Shown one piece after another: positions 49,282-62,978 of a stretch of 64,000 bases of DNA. Both the position numbers and the translations under genes were made by a program. The notes below the pieces were generated by a model, which was not told the DNA's origin, ran no database searches, and saw only the letters and a program-made list of their open reading frames with translations. The DNA is taken from assembly GCA_043228905.1 (NCBI GenBank), contig JBHGNT010000001.1, forward strand, positions 16,678,001 through 16,742,000, written 5' to 3'. Source of the DNA: Azolla caroliniana. Taxonomy: Eukaryota; Plantae; Polypodiophyta. Every line of letters begins with the position of its first letter. The first letter of the stretch is position 1.

Positions 49282-51197
49282 ATGGCGTCCTCAAGCAATC
49301 AATTGGGAGAGTTCGAAAGGATGATGCTAATCGTCGAACAAATGATGAGATCTCGGGACAATGATGCAAGCATGGAGAAGGCTGTTGACCGTGTCATGGA
49401 AAGGGTCAATTTGATGGAAGGAACATTACGAAGTTCCTTGATGCATACAGAAGGGAGATGAATCAGAGGGATGTGTCTGAAGCGTGTCAAATTACAAGTT
49501 TCAAGAGAGTAAACGCCAACAACATCCAAAGACGTGTTATCGAGCTTCAAGAAGGCAAGCCAACATGGTTCGAGTTCGAGAAAGCAATATTAGTGGAGTT
49601 CACGTTGGAAGATTTATCGAGGATGACTCGACATGCCTTGATGAAGTGGATAGAGAAGAAAAAGAAGAAGATGAGTGCCTCGAGGGTGTACGACGAGTTC
49701 AACCAAATGTTTGGTCTTCTCCCCACCACAGACCAAGTGCTACTTGAGGAGGACAAGACTTTGTACTTCTTGAAAGCTGTGGATATGAAGGATAGACGAG
49801 AATTGGGGACTCTTCTTGAAGATGATACCTAAGCAAACGGGCTTGTAGCAGACTGGATTGCGGTGAAGCGGGCATGCAATAGGCTCGACAAGCGTCGTCG
49901 ATGGGTTGATGACGCTGACTTGGCAAGATCGACTATAAAGGAAGAAGCGAGACAACCGAAAGTAGCTGAGCCCCCCAAGCAAAGTAACACGGAAGAAAAG
50001 AAGATTGATGATGACATCATCGAAGAATTGGCGAAGAAGTTCAAGACGGTCACGCCAGTGAACATGAATCGTCGGGGTCCCAAAGGAAAGGAACCCTTTA
50101 GATGTGTGTGGTGCGATAGCATGGACCACATGAGAAGGGATTGTGCGAGCCTTCGAGACGCCATTCGACAAAATATCGTATACATGGATGGCAACATGAT
50201 CTGCTCAAGTGAGACTAGAAGACCCCTATGGGTGAATTTCGGAAGGGGAGGAATGAAGAAAGCCATGGAAGATGCTGAGACGACTCATGTCGGAATAAGT
50301 GTCGGGAAAGACAAAACTGAAGTTGCTAGAGCGGGAGCAAAGTTTTGTTCTACCATTCTCGAGTATGAGAACAAGGGAAAGGTCACTTCAAACTAGGTAG
50401 AGCTTGCGGACCGAAGTGTGCATAGCATAACCGGATGGTCGGATCTTGTGGATGACAACACCATACTCGCGGAAGTGATGTGTGACAACCACAAGGTGTT
50501 CGTGGATGAAAAGAGAAAAAGAATGGAAGGGCAAAACAACCCATCAAAAAGACATGAAACAAGGGGCGCAAAAAAGAAAGAAGATGCAGAAACGAGTCGA
50601 GCTTTACAAACGGAGGGAGGAGACTGAAGCCAGAAAGGGGAGTTGAGCAAACGAGTTGAAGAAATGGTATGGCCCGTGAAGGTTGGTGTCAAAGACCCCG
50701 CTCAGAAGACAAGAATTATGCCTACCTATAAGCTAAGGTCGGACATAGAGCAAACGACAAATCTGAAGAAGATTCTCGAGGAATGTGTTCTCGATAGCCA
50801 CGTGACTTTGTCCTTAAGGGAATTGCTTGGCATTACGAAGGAGTTCCATGATATGATCGTGGACCTTGTAAAGAGAAAAAGACAACAATCAGCCGAGGGA
50901 GAACAGAAGCCATTAAAAGAAAAAACAAATGCCATAATGATGACAAGGGATGAAGTCGATGAAGATATGGTGGATAGCCACTATACTCGACCTCATTGGG
51001 CATGAGTGACAACGGAGACACCGGTGAAGATCGGGGAGAAGAAAGAGACCGTGGTAGCCTTGATCGACCATGGCTCGGAGATCAACCTCATGTCAACCGA
51101 GTTCTATAAAAAAGGGAGATGGCCAATTAACACAAACCACGGATGGAAGATTCGAGCGACAACAAAGACCACAGAGGACTTGTATGGAGCTTGTCCC
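49282..51197 (+). pseudogene. W3 gag-protease (resumes ~53700-53930)
   Basis: CVWCDSMDHMRRDC, LIDHGSEINLM, GACP | DVEIDQHFF. Confidence 0.87.
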
Positions 51198-51557
51198 TAT
51201 CATGAAGACATACATTTTGGCCTTACAAGGATTCAAGCCCAAGACGTCTTGGTCTATATGTTAGACCTTTAACCATTATAATAACATATATGATGTATAG
51301 TTATAATAAATATATTATTAATTATTACAGGATATTTAGAGTATTCTAGAACATTCTAGGATATTCCATGATTATATTAAATATCATAAATATCATAAAT
51401 ATTCTAGAACATTCCAGAATACTCCATAAGGACCTATAAATAGGTGTTTATTAATTCATCACAACTCATTCGGTTCAACACCAGTTTGTATCCCCTTAGC
51501 CTAGTCTTTGTAATGCTTGCTCTCTTATAATATAAACTCTCTTTCCATTTCTAGTGT

Positions 51558-51601
<44 letters not shown>

Positions 51602-53699
51602 CTTCCTTCTATTGTCGTCTTATCTTTCTCTCTCCTATTCTCAAGTCACGACAGTTTGAACCAAATATCTCTCTTTTCTTTTTCTCCAACTTCTTCTTAT
51701 CTTAACCTTATTCAAGCAAATCTAGCAATTTTCTCTCGCAACTATGGAGTCCGTCAGCAAGCAAGAATATATGCATGTTCTCTCCAAGCTTGACATGCTA
51801 ACAACCAAAGTCGTGGTACTAGAGCATGAAAATCAAAGATTGTTGGGAGACCTACAACAAGTAAGTGTTGAGAAAGTACAACAATATGAAGAATTGGAGA
51901 CTACTCTATTGCAATGACAAGCGGCGGAAGTTCAAACCTCGCTGAAGGAACCCAAGATTAGTCTGCCAGCCAAGTTTGATGGTACAAGGTCTCATTTTCA
52001 TGGATTTTTAAATTAGGTATGGCTTGTGATTAAATTGCATCCTAGCCATTACCCAACTGATTTTGCTTGTGTGGGACTAGTTGGTACCTTGTTAATTGGT
52101 ACCGCCTTAGCATGGTTTGCACCACTCCTAGAGAAGCACTCACGATTATTAGAATATTTTGAAGGGTTTATTAATGAGTTCCAAGCCAACATTGGAGACA
52201 CTGATAGTATCAGGACCGCAATAAAGAAAATTCGGCGATTAAAACAAGGAGATCGTCTTGCGTCCGCTTATGCTGTACATTTTCGCCTTCTAGCATGTGA
52301 TATTCCATGGGACGAGGCGGCATTAATGGACCAATTTTTTCAAGGTCTGCGCAATGATGTGAAGGATTTACTTCTTACCTTCCATGATGATCAAAAATCT
52401 CTTACTGAAGCAATAAGCCGGGCCGTGCGATGTGACAATCGCTTATTTGAGCGGCGTTCGGAGTGCCAACAAATGTTACGTTTCCGACCAACAAAAAAAT
52501 ATGCTTCAGTGGTCGCAACTCCACCCCAAGTATCAAAGTCAAGTGTGGTGGAAGGCCCTACTCCTATGGAAATCGAGAAAACATGATGTCGAGGACCATT
52601 ATTAGATGATGAAAAGCAACGACGGCGAGCGAATCGTCTATGCCTATTGTGGTGGTCCAGGGCATATTGCTATGAATTTTTCACATAAACCACAATGACA
52701 AGTTAACCAAGTAAGTGCTCATGACAATCCCATCTCAATTTCTATCCCGCCTTCTCGTAACCCAAGTTGGCCTAGTAGTCCTTGTCATAAAATTACATTT
52801 GATGTCTTGAGCCAATTAGATGATGTGTTAAATGAGTAAGCTCAGCAAAAATCGGAGCCATTTGGTTGGACAGCCCTAAGCATGTAACGTTCGTCCCTAG
52901 TCGTGGTTCCATTTCATCTGGTCAAGCAAAGGTTCAAACAGTTTTGGATTGGCAAACATCACATTCTATGCGAGATATACAATGCTTTTTAGGGTTCGCA
53001 AAATTTTATCGCAAGTTCATCAAAGATTATTCAAAGATCGTATTGTCCCTCACTCAACTGACACAGAAGAATCGACCATTGGTGTGGAGTATAAATGCAA
53101 ACTCTACATTTGAAAGATTAAAGCAAGCATTTACATTCGCACCAATTTTGATGCATGTTGATCCATTGAAGTGCTTTATACTCAAAACTAATGCATCCCA
53201 GATTAGCAATGATGGCCAATTGCACCATGTGGCTTTTCATTCACGAAAATTTGAAGCTATAGAAATCAACAATGAGATTCATGACAAAGAGCTTCTTGCC
53301 ATTGTGGATTCATTTCAACAATGGCGACATTTTTTGGAGGGTTCGTCTCAACAAATCATTGTCTATAATGATCACAAAAATCTAACGTACTTCCAAAGTG
53401 CTCGAGTTGTGAGTCATCGACAAGCTCGTTGGGCTTAGTTCTTAACTCGTTTTGATTTCGTAATTCTATATCGCCCTAGGACACAACAAGGAAAAACAGA
53501 TGCTTTATCTCGACGTTCGTATATGGAACTTCAACCAGGATAGGCCGCATTTGAAAGTCAGAGGCAAATCCTCTTGGGTCCTAACCGTCCACGACTAATT
53601 GCATTTCATGCTATAGACACACCTGGGTATTCAAGTCTTCTGGACTCCATTCGGGAGCATATTGAGAGTGATGAATTCACCCAAGATATTCTGAACCAG
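51198..53699 (+). mobile_element. Element E: Tcn1-like chromovirus fragment, 3'-truncated
   Basis: LTR 51198-51653, self-priming PBS 51656-51666, gag 51744-52700 (EPKISLPAKFDG), RT C-terminus/RNase H 52920-53690 homologous to D. Confidence 0.87.
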
Positions 53700-53930
53700 G
53701 ATGTGGAGATTGATCAACACTTCTTCGTGCAAGACTCGGCTTCACATCCTATCATCCTAGGACAACCGTATATAACATCGTCCCGGATGGAGACCAAGGT
53801 GTTTGATAACGGAGCAGCCTTCACGCGCGTCAAGAGTCTTGATAGTAAAAGATTTGTTCAATTCCAGATGATGCGAGCTAATCATGAAAGGAACTGAGAT
53901 AGCCTTGGAGGCGAATCCTCGGATTTTTAA

Positions 53931-56333
53931 AGTGGACTATTGAAGCATGGGACACAAATAGTCCGGGCAATCATAAGTCCCCACAAAGAAGTAGAGCGCA
54001 TGGATTGCAAGGAGAAGAAACATGCGTCACACCTAGTGGCGCATGCAAACTAACACTACTAAACATGAAGGACAAGCATTGAATACAAGACTTCGAGAAA
54101 GTTTTGAAAGAAGAATGCATAATCGAAGAAGAAGAATTTGTCTCTCATATTCTGGAGGAAGCCTCATTTAATGACACCATCGGCGAAATCGAGGAAGTCG
54201 TGGACTTGAGCTATCCTCACCATCAACATGTGATTTCGGTTAACTTCGTCAACATGTATACTATCATCGATGAATATCATCGAGGCATCTTGATAGAGGA
54301 AGCCGAAGTCAACACAAAATATAAAACCGTGGATAGGAAGATCAAGCCAGTTGTAGTTCCGCTATCGGAAGATAGCTGGCAAAAGATGAAGGAAGTTGCA
54401 AAAGATCCAAGCTTAAGGAACCCAAATACAATTGGTCACGTCTTCACTGAAGAGACGAAGGGAAAGCTACGAGTTGGAAGGGAGGATTTCCTCCTTCCTA
54501 AAGAGGAGCAAATGTTCCGCGAAATTCTTGAAAGACATGGGAAGGCTTTCTCATTTTTCCCACAAGAAATCGGATGTGCTAATCCAAGGATGGTAGAACC
54601 GATGGTGATATTCACAGTGCTGCATGTGCCTTGGAATTTGAAACCGAAACCAGTTCCGAGAGCACACCTACCGAAGTTGATCGAGCTCTTAAAGGAGAAG
54701 GTGAGGATGGGAATTTTGGAACCGTCGAACGCTCCTTATTCTAATATATGGTTCACGGTGCCAAAGAAGAATGGATCGTTGCGATTCATTCAAGATCTTC
54801 AACCTGTCAACAAGGTGACAATTCGGAATGCTGGAATCGGTCCAAGTGTGGATGAATTTGCCGAGGCGTTTGCGGGCTGGTCCGTCTACTCCATTGGTGA
54901 TCTCTACTCTAGCTACGATAAATTCCAGTTGGTGGTCGATAGTCGTGACATTACAACCATGAGAACTCCTATCGGGTTGGTGTGGATGTGTACCTTACCT
55001 CAAGGTGCGACGAACTTGGTGGCTCATATAATGAACGCCATGAACAAGTCTTGAAGGATTGCATCCCAGATATCACGATGCCATTCTTAGATGATATCAT
55101 GATAAAAGGATGTTCGGAAGATGCGAATTTGACATTTTCGGGAGAAAACTCCGCATTCGGGCAACCGGAGATCTTGGTCGTAGGTCACTTGTGTGGAGCA
55201 TACGGTAGGAAGCCTTCGCCATCCAAGGTGAATGCAATCCAAGACATGAAAGAAGAATGTGTAACCCAAACGAAAGTTCGAAGGTTCCTTGGAGCATGCG
55301 CATTTTATCATATTTGGATTCCATACAATGCCCACATTGTTGAGCCATTATATGGTCTACTAAAGAAGAAGCAGAGGTTTGAATGGACGAGCGAGCATAC
55401 AATCGCCATCTGAAGGCTAAAGAAATTATTGATGGAGGCACCTGCATTACGGAAGGTGGATTATTCCGAGGGCAAGCCCATTTTCGTGACTGTGGATACT
55501 AGTCCAATCGGAATCGGATGGGTTATCAACCAAGAAGACGAAGATTGCAACCGATATGCAATTCAGTTTGGCGCGAAAGTGTTGAGTGACAGGCAAAGAA
55601 GGTATGCCCAAGTGAAAAGAGAGCTATGGGGAGTCGTCTCGGCAATCAAATCTGATCGTGATTACCTTATTGGAGCAGAAGTCATAATTGAGACAGATTG
55701 CCTACCAAATTTGGGTATGATATTTGGTTGCAATACACCAGATATTGAAATGTTGCGTTGGATTGCATATATCAAATCACTCAACCCGGAGATCCGTCAT
55801 GTAGCTGGGAAGCGTAATGTCGTTGCAGACATGCTATCACGAGTGAGATACAACGGAGAAGAAGATCGACATTCTGATGAGGAGGATGTTGTCTTGGATT
55901 TCTTTACAAGTTCCTACGCTCGGGTGCTGACTACTTTCATAGAAGAGGACTACGAAGGCGAATTCGTGGAGATTGGGAAATACTTGAGTTCTCTCCAAAA
56001 AGATGAAACCATACAAGTATTTCCATCGAATTCGGAAGAAAGCATACAAGTATTTCCTTAAGGATGGAGCTCTTTGGAGGCATGCCAAAAAGAAGAATGG
56101 GACTCGGATGTGAGTTGTCTGCAAGCTTGAAGACCGACAAAAACTAATGTCTGAATTTCATGATAGTGTTTTTGCAGGCCATCGAGGAATATGGGCTACG
56201 TTTGCAAAGCTTAAGGAGAAATATTGGTGGTTGGGCATCTACAAAGATGTAGCAGCTTATGTGGAAACATGTACGGAATGTCAGATGTTTTCAAATGTTC
56301 GCCATCGAGATGAGCTTCATCCGACCTACCCGT
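53931..56333 (+). pseudogene. W3 pol: RT, RNase H, integrase N-terminus
   Basis: ORFs 54104-55054, 54982-55413 (PFLDD), 55429-56061, 56147-56341. Confidence 0.9.
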
Positions 56334-56974
56334 TGTCGTGAAGAAAACCGCCCCTTAGCGTAATCGGTGCATAGCGCGCGTGAACCAGCTCTTCACGCGT
56401 GCGCACCCTTTAATGTGTATAATAGAGAATTAGGTACAAAGGTATATCCTAGGTAGTTAGATTCGGGAGGTAGGAAGTTAAGGAGGGAATTTTGGGGAGG
56501 AGGACGAAGTGCTGTCGGACCGAAACCGAACGCTTCTCCTCTGTTCGTTCTCCATCGCTCTTCTCTGCAGGTTTTCGGGAGGCTCGCGCTGCTTCGAGGA
56601 ACGCCCGTGTGCTTCCGGTAGCACCTCTGTCCTATCCCCTTTCGTGCGCAGACGAGCAGGCATTGGCGTCTGTTCGCCGGCCTGTTCGGTTGTAACCGCT
56701 CGCGTGCTGTGTTGTTTATTTGTCATTCGTTAATATACAAACATTCGTGTCTCTCTGTCTCTGTGTCCATTCGTGTCTTCTGCGTTGACAGGGCCGTGTC
56801 CCTGTGTTTCTTTGCTCATACGTAACTGAGCATCTCTCTCTTTCTCTTTCCCCTTCTATCACCTGCTCTTCGGTTCAAGACCCCGGTGGTCCCGCCTCGT
56901 TTCTCCACGCACGCGCGTAGTAACGCGACATCTTTGGTGAACCCGACGTGAACAAGGCGGTAGAGGAGCAGAAG

Positions 56975-59100
56975 ATGACGGGGTCGGATCTTGCAGAGGC
57001 CATGGCTTCGGCCGTGGACCGAATAATGAGCGCGCGCGAGGGCACCGGCGCCCTTGACAGGGCTATTGACGCGATCGTCGGTACGATCGGCCGGTTCAGT
57101 GGGAAGGATGCCACGAGTTATTTGGCGTCCTACCGGGCGGATATGTTGATGAGGGATATTCCAGAACAGAGGCGTCTTGCCGGATTCCCTCGAGTGGCGA
57201 TGTCGGGCATCCATGCGGAGGTGCTCGAGGTCCGGGCGGAGAGCCGGACCTAGGAGGAGTTCGAAGTACGGCTCCTGGAGAAATACGGGCTGGATGACGC
57301 GCTTCGACTTTCGAAGCGGGGCTTCATGGAGTGGGTGGAGTCCCCCAACAAAGGAAGAAATGCGTTGGTACTCCTCCGAGAGTTTGAGGAACGCTTTGTG
57401 TGCCATTCGGCGCTCGATCGGACCGTTCTGGACACAAGTCGTGTCCTACTGTTTGTCAAATCGGTTGACGAACGGGACCGGGAGCAAGTGGGCTCCTTAC
57501 TGGAAACCGAAGATGGCCTGATGGCCGACTAGACCACGGTAAAAAGAGTCTGCGGCCGTTTTGACAAACGGCGGGAGTGGGCTGATACAAGGGCGACCGG
57601 GGCGGGTCCTGTCGCAGCAAGGAAACTCGAACCGATACCGCATGCGCGAAGGGAAGAGACCCGGGAGTGGCTCGAACCGGTTCGGCTTCGACCAGCGTGG
57701 TCAGAGGCTCGTCCGGGGGAACAACTTTTGAGGAGTTGACACGGGCGGTAAAGGATCTCCAGATCGCCCAGGCTCGGAGGGAAGGCGGCGAACAAGCTCA
57801 TGACCGACGGCCTCCGGCAGGAAATAGGTGCATGTGGTGCGACGAGGTCGGCCACATCCGGAAAGATTGCGGGGACTTTGCGGAGGCTTTGAGAAGCCGG
57901 GTAGTGTACCTATGGGAAGGTCGGGTGCACGGCAGCGATACCCGGAGGGCCCTGAACCGAAACGACGGGCGAGGGGGAATGAAAAGGCTGATGAAAGAGG
58001 CGGCGGCCTGGCACGCGGAGACCGTCCACTACTCGGCGTCAGCCGGTATTCGGGTCGGAGGCAGCGAGGCCCAGAAGGAGAGCAAAGCCGGGTTCTGGCC
58101 GATGATGCTGGAAGGCCTCGTCAGTGCCCGACTAAGGAAAGACGAGGTGGACCGCGCGGAGAAGTGGGTCCAGGAGGTAACCGGGTGGAGTGACCTGGTC
58201 GAAGAAAAGACGGGTTTCGTCGAAGCAGCTTGCCAGAACTACGAGGCTTTGGTTGAAGACAAATGGGTAGGTAAAACCGGAGGGGCTGGACCCTCACAGA
58301 GATACGAAACCCGATTCAAGCCGAAACGGAATGAGCCCGGCGAGATCAGTGCCCGGGATAACCACAAGAAGGGCGGATACCGGTTGGGCACAGAGATCGA
58401 AAGGACCACGGACCTACGAAAGATCCTGGAAGAACGAATCCTCGACAGCAAGGTGGAACTGTCGTTGCGGGAGGTGCTCGGAATCGCCAAGAAGGAGTTC
58501 CACGACTCCATCGTAGACTTGGTGAAGAGGAAGAGGTTGTCGACGGAGACAGAACCGGAAAGGCCGGTGGAGGTGCGGACGACGCACATAGAGGACATGG
58601 CGCTGGAAGACGAGTGGGTGGAGAGCCACTATTCAAGGCCACACTGGGCCCGAGTGACCACGGAAACCCAGGTGAAGATCAGAGATGTTCAGGAACCGGT
58701 GGTGGCGCTGGTGGACCACGGTTCGGAAATAAACCTAATGTCCATGGATTTCTACAAGAAGGGGAAATGGCCGATCAACACCAAGCACGGGTGGAAGATA
58801 CGGGCGGCGACGCGCGCCACCGAGGAACTACACGGGGCCTGCCCAAACGTGCGAGTCAAGATCGGCGACGTCGAGATAGAACAACACTTCTTTGTGCAAG
58901 AGACGTCCTCGCACTCGGTCATACTGGGAGAACTGTACATTACGGCAGCACGGATGGAGACCAAGGTGCTGGATAACGGGTCGGCTTACGCGAGGGTCAA
59001 GAGTCAGGATGGGCGTCATTCGGTCCAGTTCGTGATGGTGCGACCGAACCACGAGAGAAACCGCGAGTCCCTCGGTGGCGAGAACCGAGAGGATTTTTAG
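56975..59100 (+). pseudogene. W4 gag-protease
   Basis: ORFs 56948-57253, 57326-57532, 57667-59100; CMWC knuckle, DHGS protease. Confidence 0.9.
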
Positions 59101-59134
59101 AGAGGGCTGTCAAGGCGTGGGGCCGTGATAGTCC
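59091..59134 (+). promoter_or_regulatory. Predicted -1 ribosomal frameshift signal (G GAT TTT plus hairpin)
   Basis: Heptamer directly before the gag-PR stop; -1 frame open into the RT ORF; conserved in W3 at 53921-53964. Confidence 0.7.
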
Positions 59135-62100
59135 GGACACTCCGGGAAAACCCAACAAATGTATGATAGAGGCGAAACCGAAGAAACCTTGTACCATAAG
59201 TAGGAAGTTTTGTTTCTCCGACAACGGAGGGTGTACGATAGTTGCCGTTGTTGGCCGAGAAAAGACAAGGGCGGAAGAGCGACTTCGGGTATGCGGAGTT
59301 CTCGGGCCCAGCGAGGAAATCAACGGAGCCGTCGAGGCGGTCTCCTTCGACAATAGCTTGGGAATACTGAGAGAGGTGGTCGGAGAGGGCCTTAAAGAGG
59401 ACCGAACGATACCTGTTTGTTCAGAAGAGATGTACAAAGTCATCGCGGACTTCGGTCAAGGGCTCGAGTCGGATTGGACGGCCCGGGTTAGCACGAAGTA
59501 CAAGACTGTGGACCGGAAGGTAAGGCCAGTCGTGGCACCCTTACCGGAGGGCAGCGAGTTGCGAATCAAGGGGGTCGCGTCGGACCCCAGTTTACGAGAT
59601 CCGGCCTGCATAGGACACACCTTCACCGACAGAACGCTACGGAAGCTCAAAATCGGTGGGGGCGGGTTCCTACTGCCGACGGAAGAAGACCGGTTTCGGA
59701 GAATGCTCAGAAGGCACGGGAAAGCCTTCGCATTCTCACCGGAAGAGATCGGGTGCGTAGACCCGACAGTCATGAAGCTGATGGTGATATTCACGGTACC
59801 GCATGTGCCGTGGAATCTCAAACCAATTCCGGTCCCGAGAGCTCACATCCCGGAGTTGATGGAGCTGTTGAGGCAGAAAGTCGATATGGGCATCCTCGAA
59901 CCGTCGAGTGCCCCGTACTTGAACCGGTGGTTTACCGTACTGAAGAAGAACGGGACGTTGCGCTTCATTCAAGACCTGCAACCGGTCAACAGAGTGACCA
60001 TTCGGAACGCAGGAATCGGACCAACGATAGACGAGTTCGTGGAGGCCTTCGCCGGAAGATCGATCTACTCGGTCGGTGATCTATACTCGGGGTACGATCA
60101 GTTCCAACTAGCCGTGAAGAGCAGAGACATTACGACGATGCAGACTCCTCTCGGCCTAGTGCGGATGTGTACCCTTCCACAAGCAGGGACGAACTCGGTG
60201 GCCCACATGGTGAATGCGATGAACAAGGTGCTGAGGGATTGTATCCCGGACATCACCATGCCATTCTTGGACGACATCCCGATCAAGGGATGTCCGGTGG
60301 AGGAAAAGGACGAAACGATCAGACCGGACGGATGCCGAAAATTCGTGGCGACACACATTGACGACTGCGAGAGGGTGCTGCAAAGGCTAGAGGACGCGAG
60401 GCTCACCTTCTCCGGGGAGAAATCGGGCTTCGGGCAATCAGAGATCATGGTCGTCGGACATCTATGCGGATCGTATGGCCGGAAACCGTCTCCAGCTAAG
60501 GTGGAAGCCATCTCCGCAATGAAGCCCGACTGTAACTCGGTCACAGAGGTACGAAGGTTCTTAGGAGCATGCGCGTTCTACCATATATGGATCCCGCATT
60601 ACGCCCACGTTGTCGAGCCGCTATACGGGTTGCTGAAAAAGGGGCGAAAATTCAAATGGTGAGATGAGCATACGGAGTCGGTCCGAAAGATGAAGGAGGC
60701 TCTTGTTGCAGCTCCTGCAGTCCGGAAGGCTGTCTACGAGAAAGGCACTCCCATCTACATAACGGTAGATACAAGTCCGACCGGGATCGGATGGGTCGTC
60801 AACCAAGAAGATGAGGATTGCGTTCGGTTCCCAATCCGGTTCGGCGCGAAGGTCCTCAGCGAGCGACAGCAAGGATACGCCCAGGTTCAACGCGAACTCT
60901 GGGGTATCGTTTCGGCGGTGAGGGCCGATAAAGACTATCTGATCGGGACAGAGGTTATTATCGAGACAAACTGCCTGCCGATTCTCGGCATGGTTTCCGG
61001 ATGCGCAACCCCGGACCTGCCAATGCTCAGGTGGATAGCGTACATCAAATCCCTGGATCTGGAAATACGACACATTTCCGGGAAAGACAATGCCATGGCC
61101 GACATGCTTTCGAGGGCGCGATTCGACGACGAGGGCGGCATGGTTTCGGAGGACGAGGAAGTCGGCGTGGACTTCTTCGAGGCGGCTTACGTAACAACCG
61201 AAGGGGGGAGCACTCCGGCGCTTAACGATTTCAACGAGAGCAAGTACGACGAGGAGTGACTGCAGATTGGGGGATTCTTGAGGACGATGACGCCGGACGC
61301 GTCATGGACAAAGAACGAGCGAGGCCAACCGGATCCGGAAGAAAGCATACCGATTCTTTCTCCAGGATGGATACTTGTGGAAGCACCCGAAGAAGAGAAA
61401 CGGCATCCCGCTCTGAATAGTGGCGATGGAGGATGAACAAGAGGAGTTGCTGAAGGCCTACCACGACAGCCCCTGGGCTGGACACCGTGGGACGTGGGCC
61501 ACGTTCAAGAAACTAAAGGGGAAGTACCGGTGGCCGGGACTGTACCGGGACGTGTGTCGGTTCCTGATCGAGGACGTGATATGCCGGTACGGGTGCGTCG
61601 GGAATATCGTGGCTGACCGCGGGGAGTTGGACGCCAAAGAGGCCGAGGAGTTGTTCGACTGGTTAGGGGTCAAGCTCTCGCTCACCACAGCGTACAATCC
61701 GGAGGCGAACGGGAAGGTGGAGCGCGGACACGAACCGATCGTCAAAGCGCTAGTCCGGGCGTGCGGAGGCCAGGTCGGGAACTGGCCACGAGTGTTACCT
61801 TATGCCTTGTGGGCGGACCGGACAACGCACAGTTCGGTAACCGGGTTCATGCCGTCAGAGCTCATGTTCGGACAGAAGCCGGTCATGCCGATGGAACGGA
61901 CGATCTCCTCTTGGGCAACAATGGACTGGAGAGACGAGACGAGCCGGGAAGAACTGCTAGTGGCGCGTATACGGTAGCTTGAGCGGAGGCCAGAGGACGT
62001 GGAACGAGCGGCGGAGAGACTTCGGATGGCAAGGATGAGGAACAAAGCCCAGTTCGACCGAACACACCGGGCAACACGGAAGTTTGCAAAGCGGTGGTTC

Positions 62101-62385
62101 GGGCCTTACGTGGTAACGAGCGCCAACGACAACGGGACGTATCACCTGGCGGAACTCGAGGGTACGAGGATGGCGATACCGGTAGCAGGGAAGCGGATCA
62201 AAGTGTTCAAGAAGCGCCATGACGGCGAACCGGATCTAAGAGGCTTGGATAGCGACGACGAACAGTCCGAAACGGAGGACGAACCGATGGATGAGGAACC
62301 GGAACCCAGACCGGTTTTCTCCAACCAGAACCTAATTTTGGCGCATACCGGTGGATGCGCGGTTAGGTGGGGGCGGATGTCGTGA
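59097..62385 (+). pseudogene. W4 pol: RT, RNase H, integrase with small internal deletions
   Basis: ORFs 59163-60662, 60690-61259, 61420-61977, 61999-62385; homologous to the W2 fusion ORF. Confidence 0.92.
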
Positions 62386-62978
62386 AGAAAACCGTCCCTT
62401 AGCGTAATCGGTGCATAGCGCGCGTGAACCGGCTCTTCACGTGTGCGCGCCCTTTAATGTGTATAATAGAGAATTAGGTACAAAGGTATATCCTAGGTAG
62501 TTAGATTCGGGAGGTAGGAAGTTAAGGAGGGAATTTTGGGGAGGAGGACGAAGTGCTGTCGGACCGAAACCGAACGCTTCTCCTCTGTTCGTTCTCCATC
62601 GCTCTTCTCTGCAGGTTTTCGGGAGGCTCGCGCTGCTTCGAGGAACGCCCGTGTGCTTCCGGCAACACCTCCATCCTATCCCCTTTCGTGCGCAGACGAG
62701 CAGGCATGGACGTCTATTCGCCGGCCTGTTCGGTTGTAACCGCTCGCGTGCTGTGTTGTTTATTTGTCATTCGTTAATATACAAACATTCGTGTCTCTCT
62801 GTCTCTGTGTCCATTCGTGTCTTCTGCGTTGACAGGGCCGTGTCCCTGTGTTTCTTTGCTCATACGTAACCGAGTGTCTCTCTCTTTCTCTTTCCCCTTC
62901 TATCACCTGCTCTTCGGTTCAAGACCCCGGTGGTCCCGCCTCGTTTCTCCACGAATGCGCGTAGTAACGCGACACCGT

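Larger units (their letters stand above)
56334..62974 (+). mobile_element. W4: near full-length Trp-primed gypsy
   Basis: 597-bp LTRs 56334-56930 and 62378-62974, Trp PBS at 56935, 4-bp TSD CCGT (56330-56333/62975-62978). Confidence 0.95.
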
